A DNA stretch of 64,000 bases, from NCBI GenBank assembly GCA_043228905.1, contig JBHGNT010000007.1, positions 12,338,001 through 12,402,000 on the forward strand, in the 5' to 3' direction. This stretch comes from Azolla caroliniana (Eukaryota > Plantae > Polypodiophyta). A program made the translations under genes and the position numbers. The notes beneath the pieces were generated by a model. The model saw only the letters and a program-made list of their open reading frames with translations. It did not search any database and was not told the origin of the DNA. Positions 34,201 through 48,000 of the stretch are shown piece after piece (within the stretch, counting starts at the first letter, position 1; every line of letters starts with the position of its first letter).

Positions 34201-37200
34201 TCAGCATTGTACTTTACCTTGTACACCCACTTACATCTGATCGGTTTACAGTGTCGGAGAGGGTCAACTAGGTCCCATGTGTCATTGGCATCAAGTGCCC
34301 GCATCTCTTCCTCCATAGTGGCACGCCAATTTGCGTCCTTTGCCGCTTTTGCGTAGTTCTCCAGCTCACGCACTTCCGCCACCTTGGTCATGTACGCATA
34401 ATGATGTGCCATGTATTCATTGTAATCGTACTGCGTAACTGGGTATTACTAGGCGGGAAGACCGACGTAACTTGGTATTACCAGGTTTGGAGCCCTTCTC
34501 GGCCAGGTTCGACTTCGTTCCCGAAGATCCGCCTTCATCCTTTCCGGAGTAGGATTTGCTCCAATCCGACTCATCGTTGCCGGTTTCGTATTCAAGCATC
34601 TTCTTATTCCCCTTTTCTTTGCGCGTGAACCGTCTCCTCGTTTCCTTGCGCGGGGAGAGCACGACAGAGTCTCCACTACTCGCTGGTTCCTCATCCGACT
34701 GGTCATCCCGACTCAGCCGCTCATTCGGTCCACTTAACCAAAATTAGATCGGAATCTCTTCTAGAGTGCCGAGGTCTTCATCTTCTATTTGGACTAGTTC
34801 AGGCTCACTAGCCTTATCCTTTGGTATCGGGTCGCGGTCAGAAGTCGAAGCTGGTAAGACATACCATGATGACGTCTCATCAAACTCAACATCCCGGCTA
34901 ACTCGGACCTGCTTCGTCCGGGAGTTATAACACTTATACCCCTTTTCCTCATACGAGTAACCGACCAGGATGCATTTCTCCGACTTTGCATCCAACTTCC
35001 TCAGCTTCTCATCCGGCACATGCACATATGCAATGCTACTGGATATCTGAAGGTGTCTCAAATTCAGCTTGCGTCCGAAATACAGCTCATGCGCGGACAC
35101 CTTATCACAGATCTGGTTTTAGATGTAGACGGCCGTCCGGACCGCCTCAGCCCAATAGAAATGGGGCATGCCCTTCTCCTCCAGCATTGCCCTTGCTGCG
35201 TCAACAATCGACCGGTTCTTCCTTTTGGCCACAACATTTTGCTCCGGTGTGTATCTGCAACTGAACTCTCTCCGAATTCCTTTTTGCTGCAGATAACTGT
35301 TGAATTGGCCGGAAAAATATTCTTTTTCGCCATTTGACCGCAAGCACTTGATCTTCCTCTCCATTTCTCGTTTAACCAGTCTTTGTAGGTTTCGGAAACA
35401 CTCGAAGACTTCGCTCTTCCGCTCAATGAGGTAGATCCATGTGTGCCGATTGTAGTCGTCAACGAAGCAGACGAAATATCGACTCCCGCCAAGACTCATG
35501 TTTTGTGTCGATCCCCATACATCCGAATGAATAAGGTCGAGCTTGTTATGGCTATGGTTTCGTTCGGTGGGGAATGGAATCCGGTGTTGCTTCCCAAGTT
35601 GGCAGCCTTCACATACTTGGGCCTTCTGGACACTAAACTTCGGCAAACTAAAAACAACGTGTTTCGTTTGCAAGTCTTGAAGCCTCCGGTAATTGACATG
35701 GCCAATCCGCTTGGGCCTGAGATCGATATCCAATTCAATCTTCTATCCTTTGGCGAACAAAGCGATGCCAACGTCATTGGTGTCGAGGATGAACATCCTC
35801 CCATCTTTGCACCCTTGCGCAATAATTTGGCCCTCTTCCTCAATGAATCACCCGATATGTGTAAACCGCACCTGCATCCCCTGGTCGATAACCTGTCCAA
35901 CTGACACCAGGTTCTTCGTGATGGTCGGAATGTGTAATATGTTCATCAGCTTCCCCCTTTGTCCACGTGGCTCAAAGGGACTTCTCCGACATGCACAATT
36001 GGGTGAGGAGTGTCATCTCCGGTTTCAACGACTCTCGGTTGTTCCGGTTTCTCCAAGAAGGAGAACCACTCTTTGTGGCTCATCATGTGATTCGACGCAC
36101 TGGAATCAACGTACCACACTTCCTCCGATTTGGAAGTGGTCTTCTTCATCGAGTTAGCCTCGTGTTTCATCACCAAGGTTAGCCCTTTACTGACTTTTCC
36201 GGTTTTGGATCCTCCCGATCCTTCTGCGTAGTGCGAGTATTGTCAGTTCTCTCTACCGGCCTTGCCGGATCCGGATCTGTCCGAATCGGTGCGCTTCTTC
36301 CAACACTCGCTTTCTCTGTGGCCCTTTTTACCACAGTACTAGCATTCCGTGTTGGCCTTTACTTGCCGGACCCCGGCGCCGCCTTGACTCCCCCTGCTTG
36401 TGGAGGGTCCAAAACTGCTATTGCCACATTCTATGTGCCTTCGGTCCAGCTCGTACCAGTCGCTACCATTGCGAGCCGACCCGCCTTGTCCACCATGCCC
36501 ATGGGGCCGATCCGCCTCCGTGTACAAAATCCGAATGTCAATGGGTGCACTTGTTGACGCACCGGCGTGGTTCTCCTCTACAAGGAGCATCGACTGTAAG
36601 TCGAAAAATGATGGTGTATTCTCCCTTGTACAGACCGCCGTTTGGAAAGCTCCGAACCTGGACACTAGCCCACCAAGGCACACTTGGACCATCTCATCCT
36701 CCTCGATGTTCACATTGACGGAGGCGAGTGAGTCACAGATTTCCTTGATTCGGGCCGTGTAATCGGCGATAGAAAGATTTTTTTGTCGAACATTGCCGAG
36801 CTCCTACCTAAGCTACAACTTCCTGGCCGTTGTGCTTGCGGTGAAAACCTTCTTCAGGTTTCCCCAAGCTTCTTTTGGCGTCTTGGCATAACGGATATGG
36901 CTTAGCAACTAGTCTTCGACACTTGACGCAAAGCAGTACATCACTCTGCTTGTCGCTTGTTCCCACACTGGGAAGTCCTTGTGTGCCGCATCAGGTGTTG
37001 TGTCATTAGCTCCATCGACATAGCTCTAGTAACCATGCCCAAGCAGGTACTGGTGCATCTTGTAAGACCAAGATGCGTAGTTGGTTCTGTCGAGCTTCAC
37101 CACGGGGAGCGAGCTAGCCATTCCTCTGTCCATTTTGTTTTTCCCGTTCTTTACGAAGTTTATGTTTTCTTCTTGAGCTAAGGTCGGCTGCAGAGGTTCT

Positions 37201-37665
37201 CAACCCTCGCGCTTTGATACCATGTAGAAACGAATAGCATGCGGAAGTAATAGAAAACCTAACACAGAAACGCAGGTTTCATGGAGAGCTTGATAGTACG
37301 CAAGAGAGACAGAGAAAGAGCAGAACAAGTTAAATCTATTACAAAACAATAGTAGTTCTCTGTACATCGTATGTATTCAGTGAACACTTTTATACAAGTC
37401 CATACCGACTGATAGAAGTACGGTGTATTTCAATGCTCACTCGAGCGTCTGACACTAACTACGAGACTATTAACTACCTAACAGTCTAGGCTACTACTAG
37501 GCTTCTGGTTACTGTTTGACCCGGCTAACCGGCTCCCCAACTCACCGGCTCAATTGCTCGTCGGTTCGCCGATCCGTCTCATCGATCCGGCTTCATCCTT
37601 CCGGATGTTGATCCGGCTCAGGCTTATTCAACCGATCCAGATCCGGTTGAGCTTGCCGCTCAACA
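28241..37665 (-). mobile_element. Ty1/Copia (Copia-3) carrying two tandem pol regions
   Basis: LTRs 28241-28682 and 37223-37665. TSD CTAAT. PBS TGGTATCAAAGC at 37211-37222. Gag-PR-INT-RT-partial RH (37132-33082), then 3' gag-PR-INT-RT-RH again (33081-29375). Confidence 0.92.
29008..29370 (-). mobile_element. Truncated LTR of a related Copia subfamily inside the Copia-3 3' tail
   Basis: Begins TGTA on +; clear similarity to the 28241 LTR (GAGAGACAGAG, TACAAGTCC, CAATGCTCAC, CCGGCTCCCC); replaces about 100 bp of the tail seen at 53065-53140. Confidence 0.7.
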
Positions 37666-40345
37666 CTAATTAGCTACTTCCATAGGTAAGAAGAATAGCT
37701 AATTAGCTACTACCAATCTATAGTCTAGCAACTAATTAGCTAAGATGTAGCTAATTAGCTAAGCAGTAAACTTATGAACTTGTTGCATGTCCCGACAATA
37801 ACGAAGAACATGGTGTCAGTCGGTCGGTTAGATCGTCGACCAGGGGATGCAAGTTTGATTCACACACCTCAGGTGCTATATCGAAGAGGAAGGGCAAGTT
37901 ATCGGGCAAGGGCACTGTGAAGGGAGGGTGTTTATCCTCGACACCAATCAAGCCGGAACCGTGCTGTTCGTGAAAGGACAGAAGGTCGAGTCGGACATCG
38001 ACCCGTGGCACAAGGGTTTCAGCCACATTAACTTCCCACAACTTCGTGAAATGCAGACGAAGAACATTGTTTTCCGCTTGCCAAAAGTTCATGGTCGTAA
38101 TGGCCAAGTCTGCAAAGCTTGCTAACTCAGGAAGTACCACCGACTTCCATTCCGCAATGAGCGTAATCTTAGTCAAAATCTGTTGGATTTGATCCATTCA
38201 GATGTCTAGGAACCGGCATAGAACGTGAGTCTCGGTGGAAGCCGTTACTTCGTAACCTTCATCGATGACTTCACTCGGCATACCTGGGCGTGCTTGATCA
38301 CTAAAAAGAGAGAAATCTTTGCGTGGTTCCTGAAGGTGAAAAACCTTGCGGAAAGGGAAACATGGCATAAGATCAAGTGCCTACGATCCGATGGTAATCG
38401 TTGTCGAAATCCATTGGATTTGATCCATTCAGATGTGTAGGGACCGGTACAGAACGTGAGTCTCGGTGGAAGCCGTTACTTCATAACCTTCATCGATGAC
38501 TTCACTCGACATACCTGGGCGTGCTTGATCGCGAAAAAGAACGAACTCTTCGCGTGGTTCTTGAAGGTGAAAAACCTTGCGAAAAGGGAAGTAGGGCGTA
38601 AGATCAAGTGCCTACGGTCCGATGGCGGGAAGGAGTACTTCTCCGACTAGTTCACGAGTTATCTACAGAAGGAGGGAATTTGACACAAATTCTCCTGTAG
38701 ATATACGCTGGAGTTGAACGGCATAGCCGAGCGGAAGAATTGGACGATCAAAGAAGCCGCCAGGGCAATGCTTGAAGAGAAGCATATGCTGAAGTTTTAC
38801 TGGGCTAAAGCCGTAAGGATGACTGTTTATTTGTAGAATCAGACTTTTGCTAATGGAGGAGTGTCGCCACACGAGTTGTATTTCGGAAAGAAGTTGAACA
38901 TGCACACTTGAGGATTTTCAGCAGCATTGCATATGTGCATGTACCGAAGGAGAAGAGGAGGAAGCTGGATGCCAAAGCCGAGAAGTGTATCTTGGTCGGC
39001 AATTCAGACGAGCAGAAGGGGTATAAGTGCTATAACCCTCGAACAAAGGAAGTTCGTGTAAGCCCAGATGTTGTATTCGACGAGTCTGCATCGTGGTACA
39101 TGCCTTCACCTCCAATACTTAATGATTCCATTCTGAATTCTGATGAAGAGTTCAGCAAGGCTGAGATGCCTCTACGTGATGAGGATATTGGAGCTCTGAC
39201 AGAGAGTCTGATCTCATTTCGGCTACGTGGGCTGAATGAGGGGTTGGGCTGAGATGGCCAACCAAATGAAGAGCTGGTGAGTAGTGGAGACTTGGTCGTG
39301 TTGTCCACGGGTAAAGAATTGAGGAGACGGTTTACGCGTAAAGAAAAAGGGAAGAAGAAAATGTCGGAATACGATTTCGACAGTGCTAAGTCAGACCGGA
39401 GCGAGTCTAATTTCGAACCAATTGAAACGGAATCTCCACGAAAGAAGTCGAAATTAGCCGAAAAGGCCGTGAAATCGGGTAATCACGAATTACGCCGATC
39501 TACCCGCTTGAAGAACCTCGTAAAGAGGTACGGGTATAATGAGTACACGACGCATCACTATGCTCACATGACGTGAGTGGCGGAAGTGCGTGAGCCGGAG
39601 AGCTACGCAGAAGCGGTGGAAGACACAAACTGGCGTGCCACGATAGAGGAAGAGATGCGCGCATTATTGGACAACGAGACTTGGGACCTAGTTGACGCAC
39701 CTAAAGGTGTTAAGCCAATCGGATGTAGATGGGTGTTTAAGGTGAAATACAACACCGATGGCTCGGTCAACCAATATAAGGCCCGTTTGGTTGTGAAAGG
39801 CTACGCGCAGAAGCACAATGTCGATTACGACGAGACCTTCGCGCATGTCGCGAAGATGACTACCGTGCAAGTTCTGCTCGCCGTAGTTGCGGCGAAGAGG
39901 TGGCATCTACATCCGATGGATGTAAAGAATGTGTTTTTGCAAGGTGATCTTGAGGAACAGGTGTTCATGGTACAACCCCTCGGATTACTATCCGAACAAA
40001 ACACTTCGGCAGTCTGCCGATTGAAGAAGGCGTTATACAACCTTAAGCAAGCCCAACGAGCTTGGAACTCGAAGATTACACAATGGTTGCATAGAATGGG
40101 GTTTACAACGTCCGAATCGGACTCCTCGTTGTTCGTTCGGCAAGGTCGACATGGACAGGTTTGTCTTTTACTTTATGTTGATGATTTAGTCATTGCCGAT
40201 GTTGACTTGGAAGAAATCAGCCACGTAAATTCTCAGCTTGCAGCATCGTTCGAAATGAAGAATCTTGGCGACCTTCATTACTTTCTCGGGATCGAAGTGA
40301 TCCGTTCCCCCGAAGGAACGTTGATCAGTCAACGTCATTACGCAT

Positions 40346-41196
40346 TGTCGTAGTGTAATTCACACATTGCGTGAAAATTGCATTTTTGTCCCTCCGGATG
40401 GGATAAGGAGGAACCGGTAAGGAGAACCGGTGAGAACCAGCAAGGAGGACCGGTAAGGAGGACCGGTAAGGAGAACCGGATGAAGGAGGAACCGGTAAGG
40501 AGAACCGGTGAGAACCGAATGAAGGAGGGACCGGCAAGGAGGATTCGGTAGGGAGACTCGGTAAGAATCGGATCAAGGAGCTGGTTAAAGAAGGCCGGTG
40601 AGAGTCTCTTAGTGGATGAAGGGGCAAATTTGTAAATAGAAGAAAACATTGTTATGTGCATATGGCAGGATTCAAACCTTGTACCTCCACATAGACAAAC
40701 CTCAACCTTACCATTGTACTAACTTATCCTAAGTGTTCTAAATATAGATTTAATACGTATAAGACCTTTATTTACGCCTACCTTTATTAAAAGGAAAGTC
40801 ATGCATTTTTAGAATGCGTGAATATTTTATTTATAAGAAAAATGTACACCAATAAAAAATTACTCGTGCGCATTTAGTGTGCATGAACACTTTAGAAAAA
40901 GCATGAAGCTATGCTTAGCCTCTTCCATCCTTATATAAGGAGGAGAGAAAGATGTATGGTTGTTGATTATTTTACAAGGATTGATCAATCTAATATATTC
41001 GTGGGATTCACGAGTTTATCATTAAAATTCTCTTTCTTACAATCTAAATATTCATTAAATACACTAAACACGTGGGATTCATAAACTTTCTACCTATTCA
41101 CAACTAGCCTTATATTGTATTCTTTTTTCTCCTAGTCCAAAACCTCAGTGGTTCCCACCCGACTCACGCAACGATCCGGAGCCGAAAGGCACGACA
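40346..41196 (+). mobile_element. Solo-LTR-like insert B, nested in Copia-4 RT
   Basis: TGTCGT...ACGACA ends; splits RHYA|LNMLFKF; AAGGAGAACCGGT sub-repeats; 3' motif CCTAGTCC..ACC..GTGGT.CCC..CACGCA shared with inserts A and C. Confidence 0.8.
40661..40721 (-). promoter_or_regulatory. tRNA-like A-box/B-box cassette, antisense in insert B
   Basis: Minus strand reads TAGTACAATGGTAAG...AGGTACAAGGTTTGAATCC. Confidence 0.6.
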
Positions 41197-44100
41197 ACGT
41201 TGAATATGCTCTTCAAGTTCCGGATGGCAGATTGTAAGCCCATCTCAACCCCTCTGGATAGAAACGTAAATCTTCGTCGAGATTCTGGAAAGGCGCAACC
41301 CGACACGGTTTCGACAGATTGTCGGAAGCCGTCTCTACTTGACAATCACTCGACCGGACCTCAGCTATCTGGTCGGAATGATCAATCAATTTATGTAACA
41401 GCCCACGATCGAACACATTCAGTGCACGCAATGGATATTACGATATGTCAGCGGCACAAAAGACATAGCGTTGTTGTATCGTGCAGACATAGCTGAACAG
41501 CTAGTCGGCTACACGGATGTCGATTGGGCCGGAAATGCCCACGATTGTAGATCCACATCCGGATACGCATTCTCATTGGGAAGTGCGGCGATCGCGTGGA
41601 GCAGTAAGAAGTAGCCGAAAGTAGTATTGTCGAGCACAGAGGCCGAATATCGAGGGACAACTGTTGTTACGTGCGAAGTCATTTGACTGAAACGGCTATT
41701 ACGAGATCTACATGTAGAGGTGTCTGATCCGACGACGATCTACTGCGACAACCTTAGCAGCATCCACCTTGCGAAAAACCCTGTATTCCATGCTCAGACC
41801 AAGCACATTGAGGTGCACTACCATTTTGTCCACAAGCATGTCCTTTCAAGTGAAGTTGAACTGGTGTATGTTCCAACGGGTCAGCAAATTGCCGACATCC
41901 TCACCAAGCCCCTTGGTCTCGATAAGTTACGGCATTTCTCGGTTGAGCTAGGTTTGCGGCACCTCGACACACCGAACTTGTGGCGGGAAACAGGAACAAG
42001 AATAGGAGCGTGAAAGGAGCGGTAGGAACCACGATACCGAATCGAATGAAGAATTCGATTTCAGGCCGGCTGAAGAAGTCAAAGAAGAAAGCAGGGGTTG
42101 TAATTGCAAGGAGGAGCCGAACCCAGCCGAACAAAGGGGGAACAAAGCCAAGAAAGGCGTAAAGGCCAAGACTAAGACATGGTTGGACGTAGTTAAGGGC
42201 CTGAAGACGGATAACAAATTGGAGACAGCCAATTCGGGTGAATCGGAAATGTTCGATTCGGATACGCCAAATCAACTGCGGGCCAAGCGGAAAAAAAGGC
42301 AGTGAAAGAGGCGCCAATACCGTGACCGCAAGGGAGCTGAGAAAGGCCGCATGAGTAGACAAGCTGACCGGAAGGGTCGAATGCGTGGCATCGGACGGGT
42401 CAAGGAGCGCAAGCGAGGCGTGAAGCCAGAAGAAGCCAGAGCGAAGATCCAAAAAAGCATATGGAACATCAAGTTGAGCTTAAGGGGGAGTGTTGAGAGA
42501 CAAGATCAACCTTGGGAGCGTAAATGAGTGTGTAACCCAGTGCGTAGACTGGGTGCGTAAAACCGTAAGCAAAATATGGTTGTAGTGGTATGTAAACCGA
42601 GCGGCCGTTAGAATGTTATTCCTCGTAAGGAATAAATTTGGGGGTGAGTGTAGGATGCTCATTTATGAGCAGTTAGGTACTATAAGTATTTGTGTCAGCC
42701 CGATAGTCAGGGCTTGTATAAAAGGTGCTCACTGAGTACCAAGTATGTACAAAGAACATACAAAGAATTATTTTTGAATATAGCTACGTTTTCTACTCTC
42801 TCTCTCTTTCTCTCTCTGTGCCTCCCTCTCCTTCTCTATGTTTTATCGATCTATCGTAATTCCGAACCGTGTACTCAGTGTCTTACGCATACGTTTCTGC
42901 ACACGTATTCTTTTACAACAATAGTATGGGCCAATCCGGACAGCAATTTGCACCCGGGAAAAGCCACCGTCCTTCTTCGACTTACAATCCATGTTGATGG
43001 TCGAAGAAAACCACGCCAGTGGGTCGAGGACCACTCAACCGGACAACCGGATGTTATACACGGAGGCGGATTGAGCTCGTGGCATGGAGGACGAGGTGGG
43101 CCGGCATGAAATGGAGGTGTCCGACAAGAGCAGAACCAAAGGCATCAGTTCTGAACCCTCCACAAGCAGGGGGAGTCAAGTTGGAGTTGGAAACCGGTAG
43201 TCGAAAGCCAACACGGAATGCTGGTACAATGGCAAGAAAGGCCATAGAGAGTGTTAGTGTTGGAAGAAGCATGCCGATTCGGATCAATCTAGATCCGATA
43301 AGGCCAGACAAGGGAACCGGCAAAGCTCGCACTACACAGAAGGATCGGAAGGATCCGGAACTAGGAAGACCGGAAAAGGGCCAAACTTCATGATGAAGCA
43401 CAAGGCAAACTCGATGAAGAAGACCACTTCCGGATCAGAGAAAGTATGGTATGTTGATTCCGGAGCCTCAAACCACATGACGAGCCACGAAGAGTGGTTC
43501 TTGCTTTTGGAGAAACTGGAACAACCGGGAATCGTTGAAACTAGAGACGACACCCCTCACCCGATTGTGCATGTCGGAGAAGTTCCTTTAAGCCATGTTG
43601 GGCAAAAGGGAAAGCTGATGAATGTACTACACATTCCAACAATCACAAAGAACCTGATGTCGATCAGAGAAATCGTCGACAAAGGAATGCAGGTGCGGTT
43701 TACGCACCTCGGGTGCTTTATCGAGGAAGAAGGCCGGATAATTGCGCAAGGGCGCAGAGAAGGGAGGATGTTCATCCTCAACACAAATGACGTCGGCACC
43801 GCCATGTTTGCCAAAGGATAGAATATTGAATCAGACATCGATCTCTGGCATAAACGGATCGGCCACGTCAACTACCGGAGACTTCAAGATCTGAAATCAA
43901 AACAAGTTGTGTTCGGATTGCCGAAATTTAATGGACGGAAGGCCCAAATATGTGAAGCTTGCCAACTCGGGAGGACCACCAGCTTCCATTCCCCACCAAA
44001 CGAAACTGGAGCCGTAACAAGCTTGATCTAATCCATTCGGATGTTTGGGGACCGGCACAGAATGTTAGTCTTGGCGGGAGTCGGTATTTCGTCTCCATTG

Positions 44101-44961
44101 ACGACTACAGCCGACACACATGGATCTACCTCATCGAGAAGAAAAGTGAAGTCTTCGATTATTTCCAGAACCTTCAAATCTTAGTCGAAATGGAAACGGA
44201 GAGGAAGATAAAGTGCTTGTGGTCTGATGGCGGAAAAGAATACTTTTCCGGCCAATTCAACAGTTATCTGCGGCAAAAAGGAATTCAGGGAGAATTCCGC
44301 TGCTGATATACACCGGAACATACCGATGTGTCCGAAAGAAAGAACCGATCGATTGTCGACGTAGCAAGGGCAATATTGGAGGAGAAGAGCATGCCCAAAT
44401 TTAACTAGGCTGAGGAGGGCCGGACGACTGTCTACATCCAAAACCGAATCGGGGGCGAGGTGTTAGCACATGAGTTGTATTTCGGGCGAAAGCCAAATTT
44501 GAGACACCTTCGGATATTCAATAGCATAGCATATGTGCATGTACCGGATGAGAAGTGGAGGAAGCTGGATCTGAAATCGGAGAAGTGCACTTGTCGGTTA
44601 CTCACATGAACAAAAGGGGTATAAGTGTTATAACCCCCGGACTAAACAGGTATGAGTAGGTCGAGATGTCGAGTTTGATGAGTCGGCATCATGGTACTCC
44701 CTAATAACTCCAACTCCCAATGAAGACCCGATTCCGGAGGATGAGGCCAGTGAACCTAGAGAGGTTCAAGAAGAAGATGAAGAATTTGGTACTCTAGATG
44801 AGAGTCCGATCTCATTCCGGCTAAGTGGACCGAATGAGCGGTTGAGTCGGGATGACCAATCGGATGAAGAACCAGCGAGTAGTGGAGACTCTGTCGTGTT
44901 CTCCCCATGCAAGGAACCGAGGAGACGGTTCATGTGCAAAGAGAAGGGGAAGAAGAAGAGA

Positions 44962-45095
44962 CCGGAATACAATACCGATAGTGAAGGGTCAGATGCCGGA
45001 ATATGATACCGACAATGAAGGGTCAGATGTCGGAATATGATACCGATAGTGAAGGGTCAGATGCCGGAATATGGTACCTACAGTGAAGGGTCAGG
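44962..45095. repeat. 34-bp tandem repeat x4 in the Copia-5 INT-RT linker
   Basis: Units of CCGGAATATGATACCGATAGTGAAGGGTCAGATG. Confidence 0.85.
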
Positions 45096-48000
45096 TCCGA
45101 GCGAATCTTACCCCAAAAAGAAAGAAGGCAGATCTTCAGAAAGGAAGTCTGAACCGGCCAAGAAGGGCCTCAAACCGGCTAACGAAAAGTTATGCCGCTC
45201 AATTCGTCAGAAGAACCCCATCCAGAGGTCCGGATACAATGAGTACATGGCGCATCACTATGCATAGTACATGACTAAGGTGACGGAAGTGCGTAAGCCG
45301 GAGAGCTACGCAGAAGCAGCAAAAGACGCAAATCGGCGTGCTGCTATGGAGGACGAAATGCGGGCACTTGATGACAACGACACATGGGACCTGGTTGACC
45401 CTCCCCAACAGTGTAAACCAATCAGTTGCAAATGGGTATATAAGGTGAAGTACAATGCGGATGGTTTGGTCAACCGGTACAAGGCCCGGTTAGTGGCAAA
45501 GAGATACACACAGACCCACGGAATAGACTACAACAAGACCTTCACTCCGGTAGCAAAGATGACGACGGTTCGTGTGGTATTGGTTGTTGTTGCGGCAAGG
45601 GGATGGCATCTTCACCAAATGGACGTGAAGAATGTTTTTCTTCAAGGTGACCTTGAAGAACGGGTGTATATGATCCAACCCCCTGGATTCCAATCAAAGA
45701 TGAACAAGTCGATAGTATGCCGACTCAAGAAGTCGTTTTACGGTTTGAAGCAAGCCCCCCGAGCTTGGAATGCGAAGATCACGCACCGGTTGCATAAGAT
45801 GGGGTTGTGACCTCAAAGTCCAACTCGTCACTGTTCATCTCGAATGGTCTAGACGGTCCAGTTTGTATCCTGCTATATGTTGATGATTTAGTCATCAACG
45901 GACCCGGACTGGATGAAATCAATAGAGTGAAGTCCGAGTTGTCGGACGCATTTGAAATGAAGGACTTGGGGGAACTTCATTATTTTCTTGGGATCGAGGT
46001 AATCCGGACCCCCGATGGCATATTGCTCTGACAAAGACACTATGTGCTGAATATGTTGTACAAGTTCGGTATGACGGAATGCCGACCAATCTCCACACCC
46101 CTGGACCAGAACCTGAAGCTACGTCCTGACTCCGGCCCAGCCTGCAATGAGAAACGGTTCCAACAAATTGTCGATAGCCTTATATACTTGAAAATCACCT
46201 GACCCGACATCAGTTATCCAATCGGGGTGATCAGCCAGTTTATGCAGAAGCCGACCGTGGAGCACCTTTAGTGCGTGCATCGACTATTGCGATATGTGAG
46301 CAGCACAAAGGACCAAGGACTATTATACTGACTTGGTATAGCTAGGAAGCTGGTCGGATATACCGATGCCAACTGGGCTGGTGATGCATCAAATCGTTGA
46401 TCCACCTCTGGTTACATGTTTTATCTTGGTAGCGCAGCTGTTGCATGGAGCAACAAAAAGCAGCCAACAGTGGCTCTGTCGAGCACTAAGACTGAGTATC
46501 GGGGCATTACCATTGCCACTTGTAAAGCCATCTAGCTTCGACGACTGCTGTGAGACCTCCGGATCGAGGTGCCAAATCCGATCCTGATTTATGGTGACAA
46601 CGTAAGCAACATACTATTGGGAAATATGTCCCTCCAATGTGAGGAAGATCCGATCGTCCAGAAAGCCGACAGTCGAGGAGCCACGTTGATGAGGGGCTAT
46701 ACTTGTAAATAGCCAACTCGGGAGACTATACTTGTAAATAGTCTAAGTGTGCGCTCCATGAGGGTTACGTATGTAAATAACCAGAAAGTTGCATAAGTAT
46801 ATATGCAACTAGGCCAAACTTTTAGGTAAGAACAATGCGCAGAAGTTGTAGTGTGCGATATAGTGAAAGAGAGAGAGAGTGTGAGAGAAGGAAGAGTCGC
46901 GCCATAGTTGTGTGTGTAACAACAGACGTGAAGAGCCCTGTGCGGCTGATGCACCTGTGAGAGAGTGTTGTAATCTTCTCGCTATTGTATATCCACTATT
47001 TGTATAGTGAAGAATCTGTTCCCGTGGTTTTCCCCGTTTTAGGGTTTCCACGTAAATCTCTGTGTACATCTGTTTATCTTGTCTTTCTGGTATATTTCTG
47101 TAATTCGTATTTCAGTGCGTAGTTCGTTCATTGTGATTTATATTCTACAACGATTACTCGACAAACTGGTATCAGAGCTTGAGGTGCAAGCATGGGAGGA
47201 GGTGTGAGCGGATTCCCAGGCATGATAGTTCTAAACTCTCAGAACTATGCAGACTGGAAGATAAAGATGGAAGACCTTCTCCTAGTTAAAGACTTGTACG
47301 AGCCAGTCGACAGAGTAGAAATACCCAGGGGGGTATTAGAGTTGGACTGGAAACTTCTGAATAGGAAGGCGGTGGCCACAATCCGACAATGTGTCGATGT
47401 AAGTGTCCTTCAACATGTGGCGAATGACACGAATGCCTACGAAATGTAGCAGAAGTTGTCGGGTATGTATGAGAGGAAGAACGTGCTAAATAGAACCTCG
47501 CTAATGAGAAAAATCGTAAGGTTGAAATACAGAGACGGTGAGAGCATCGTCGAACACATCAACACATTTATGGGGTGTGTAAATCAACTTGTTGCGACCA
47601 AGTTTCCCCTGGATGATGCGATGTAGGCCATCCTGCTGATGTGCACATTGCTGGAAAGCTGGTAGAACCTGGTGGTTACTCTCAACACCTCCTGTCAAGA
47701 AGAGAACTTGTCTTTACAGACGGTGAAGAAAAGCATCCTAAATGAGGAGGCAAGGAGGAAAGACAAAGGAGTCCTATCCCAAATGGATTCAAATCTGACT
47801 CAACATATGGACAGAGGAAGAGATCGGCGAAGAAGAAGTCCGCAGCAAACGGACAAATCCCACTCCATATCGAAGTCCAGAGGTAAACTTGTGTGCTTTT
47901 ATTGTGGAAAACCTAGACACTTCCAGAAGGACTGCCGACACATGAGAAAATACAAGAGTGTCAGAAATAATGTCGAACCCCGGAAGATTCCGGATGAAAA

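Larger units (their letters stand above)
37765..42917 (+). mobile_element. 5'-truncated Ty1/Copia (Copia-4): end of PR, INT, RT, RH, tail and 3' LTR (42491-~42917)
   Basis: IHSDV, SDGGKEY, MDVKNVFLQGDL, LYVDDLVI, KHIEVHYHF; PPT TAAGGGGGAG followed by TGTTGAG; 231-bp INT duplication at 38163/38394. Confidence 0.85.

Noticed and set aside
28168-37761. Palindrome-plus-spacer array as CRISPR
   Set aside because: Repeats are only 11-14 bp, two spacers resemble each other, there are no cas genes and the context is eukaryotic
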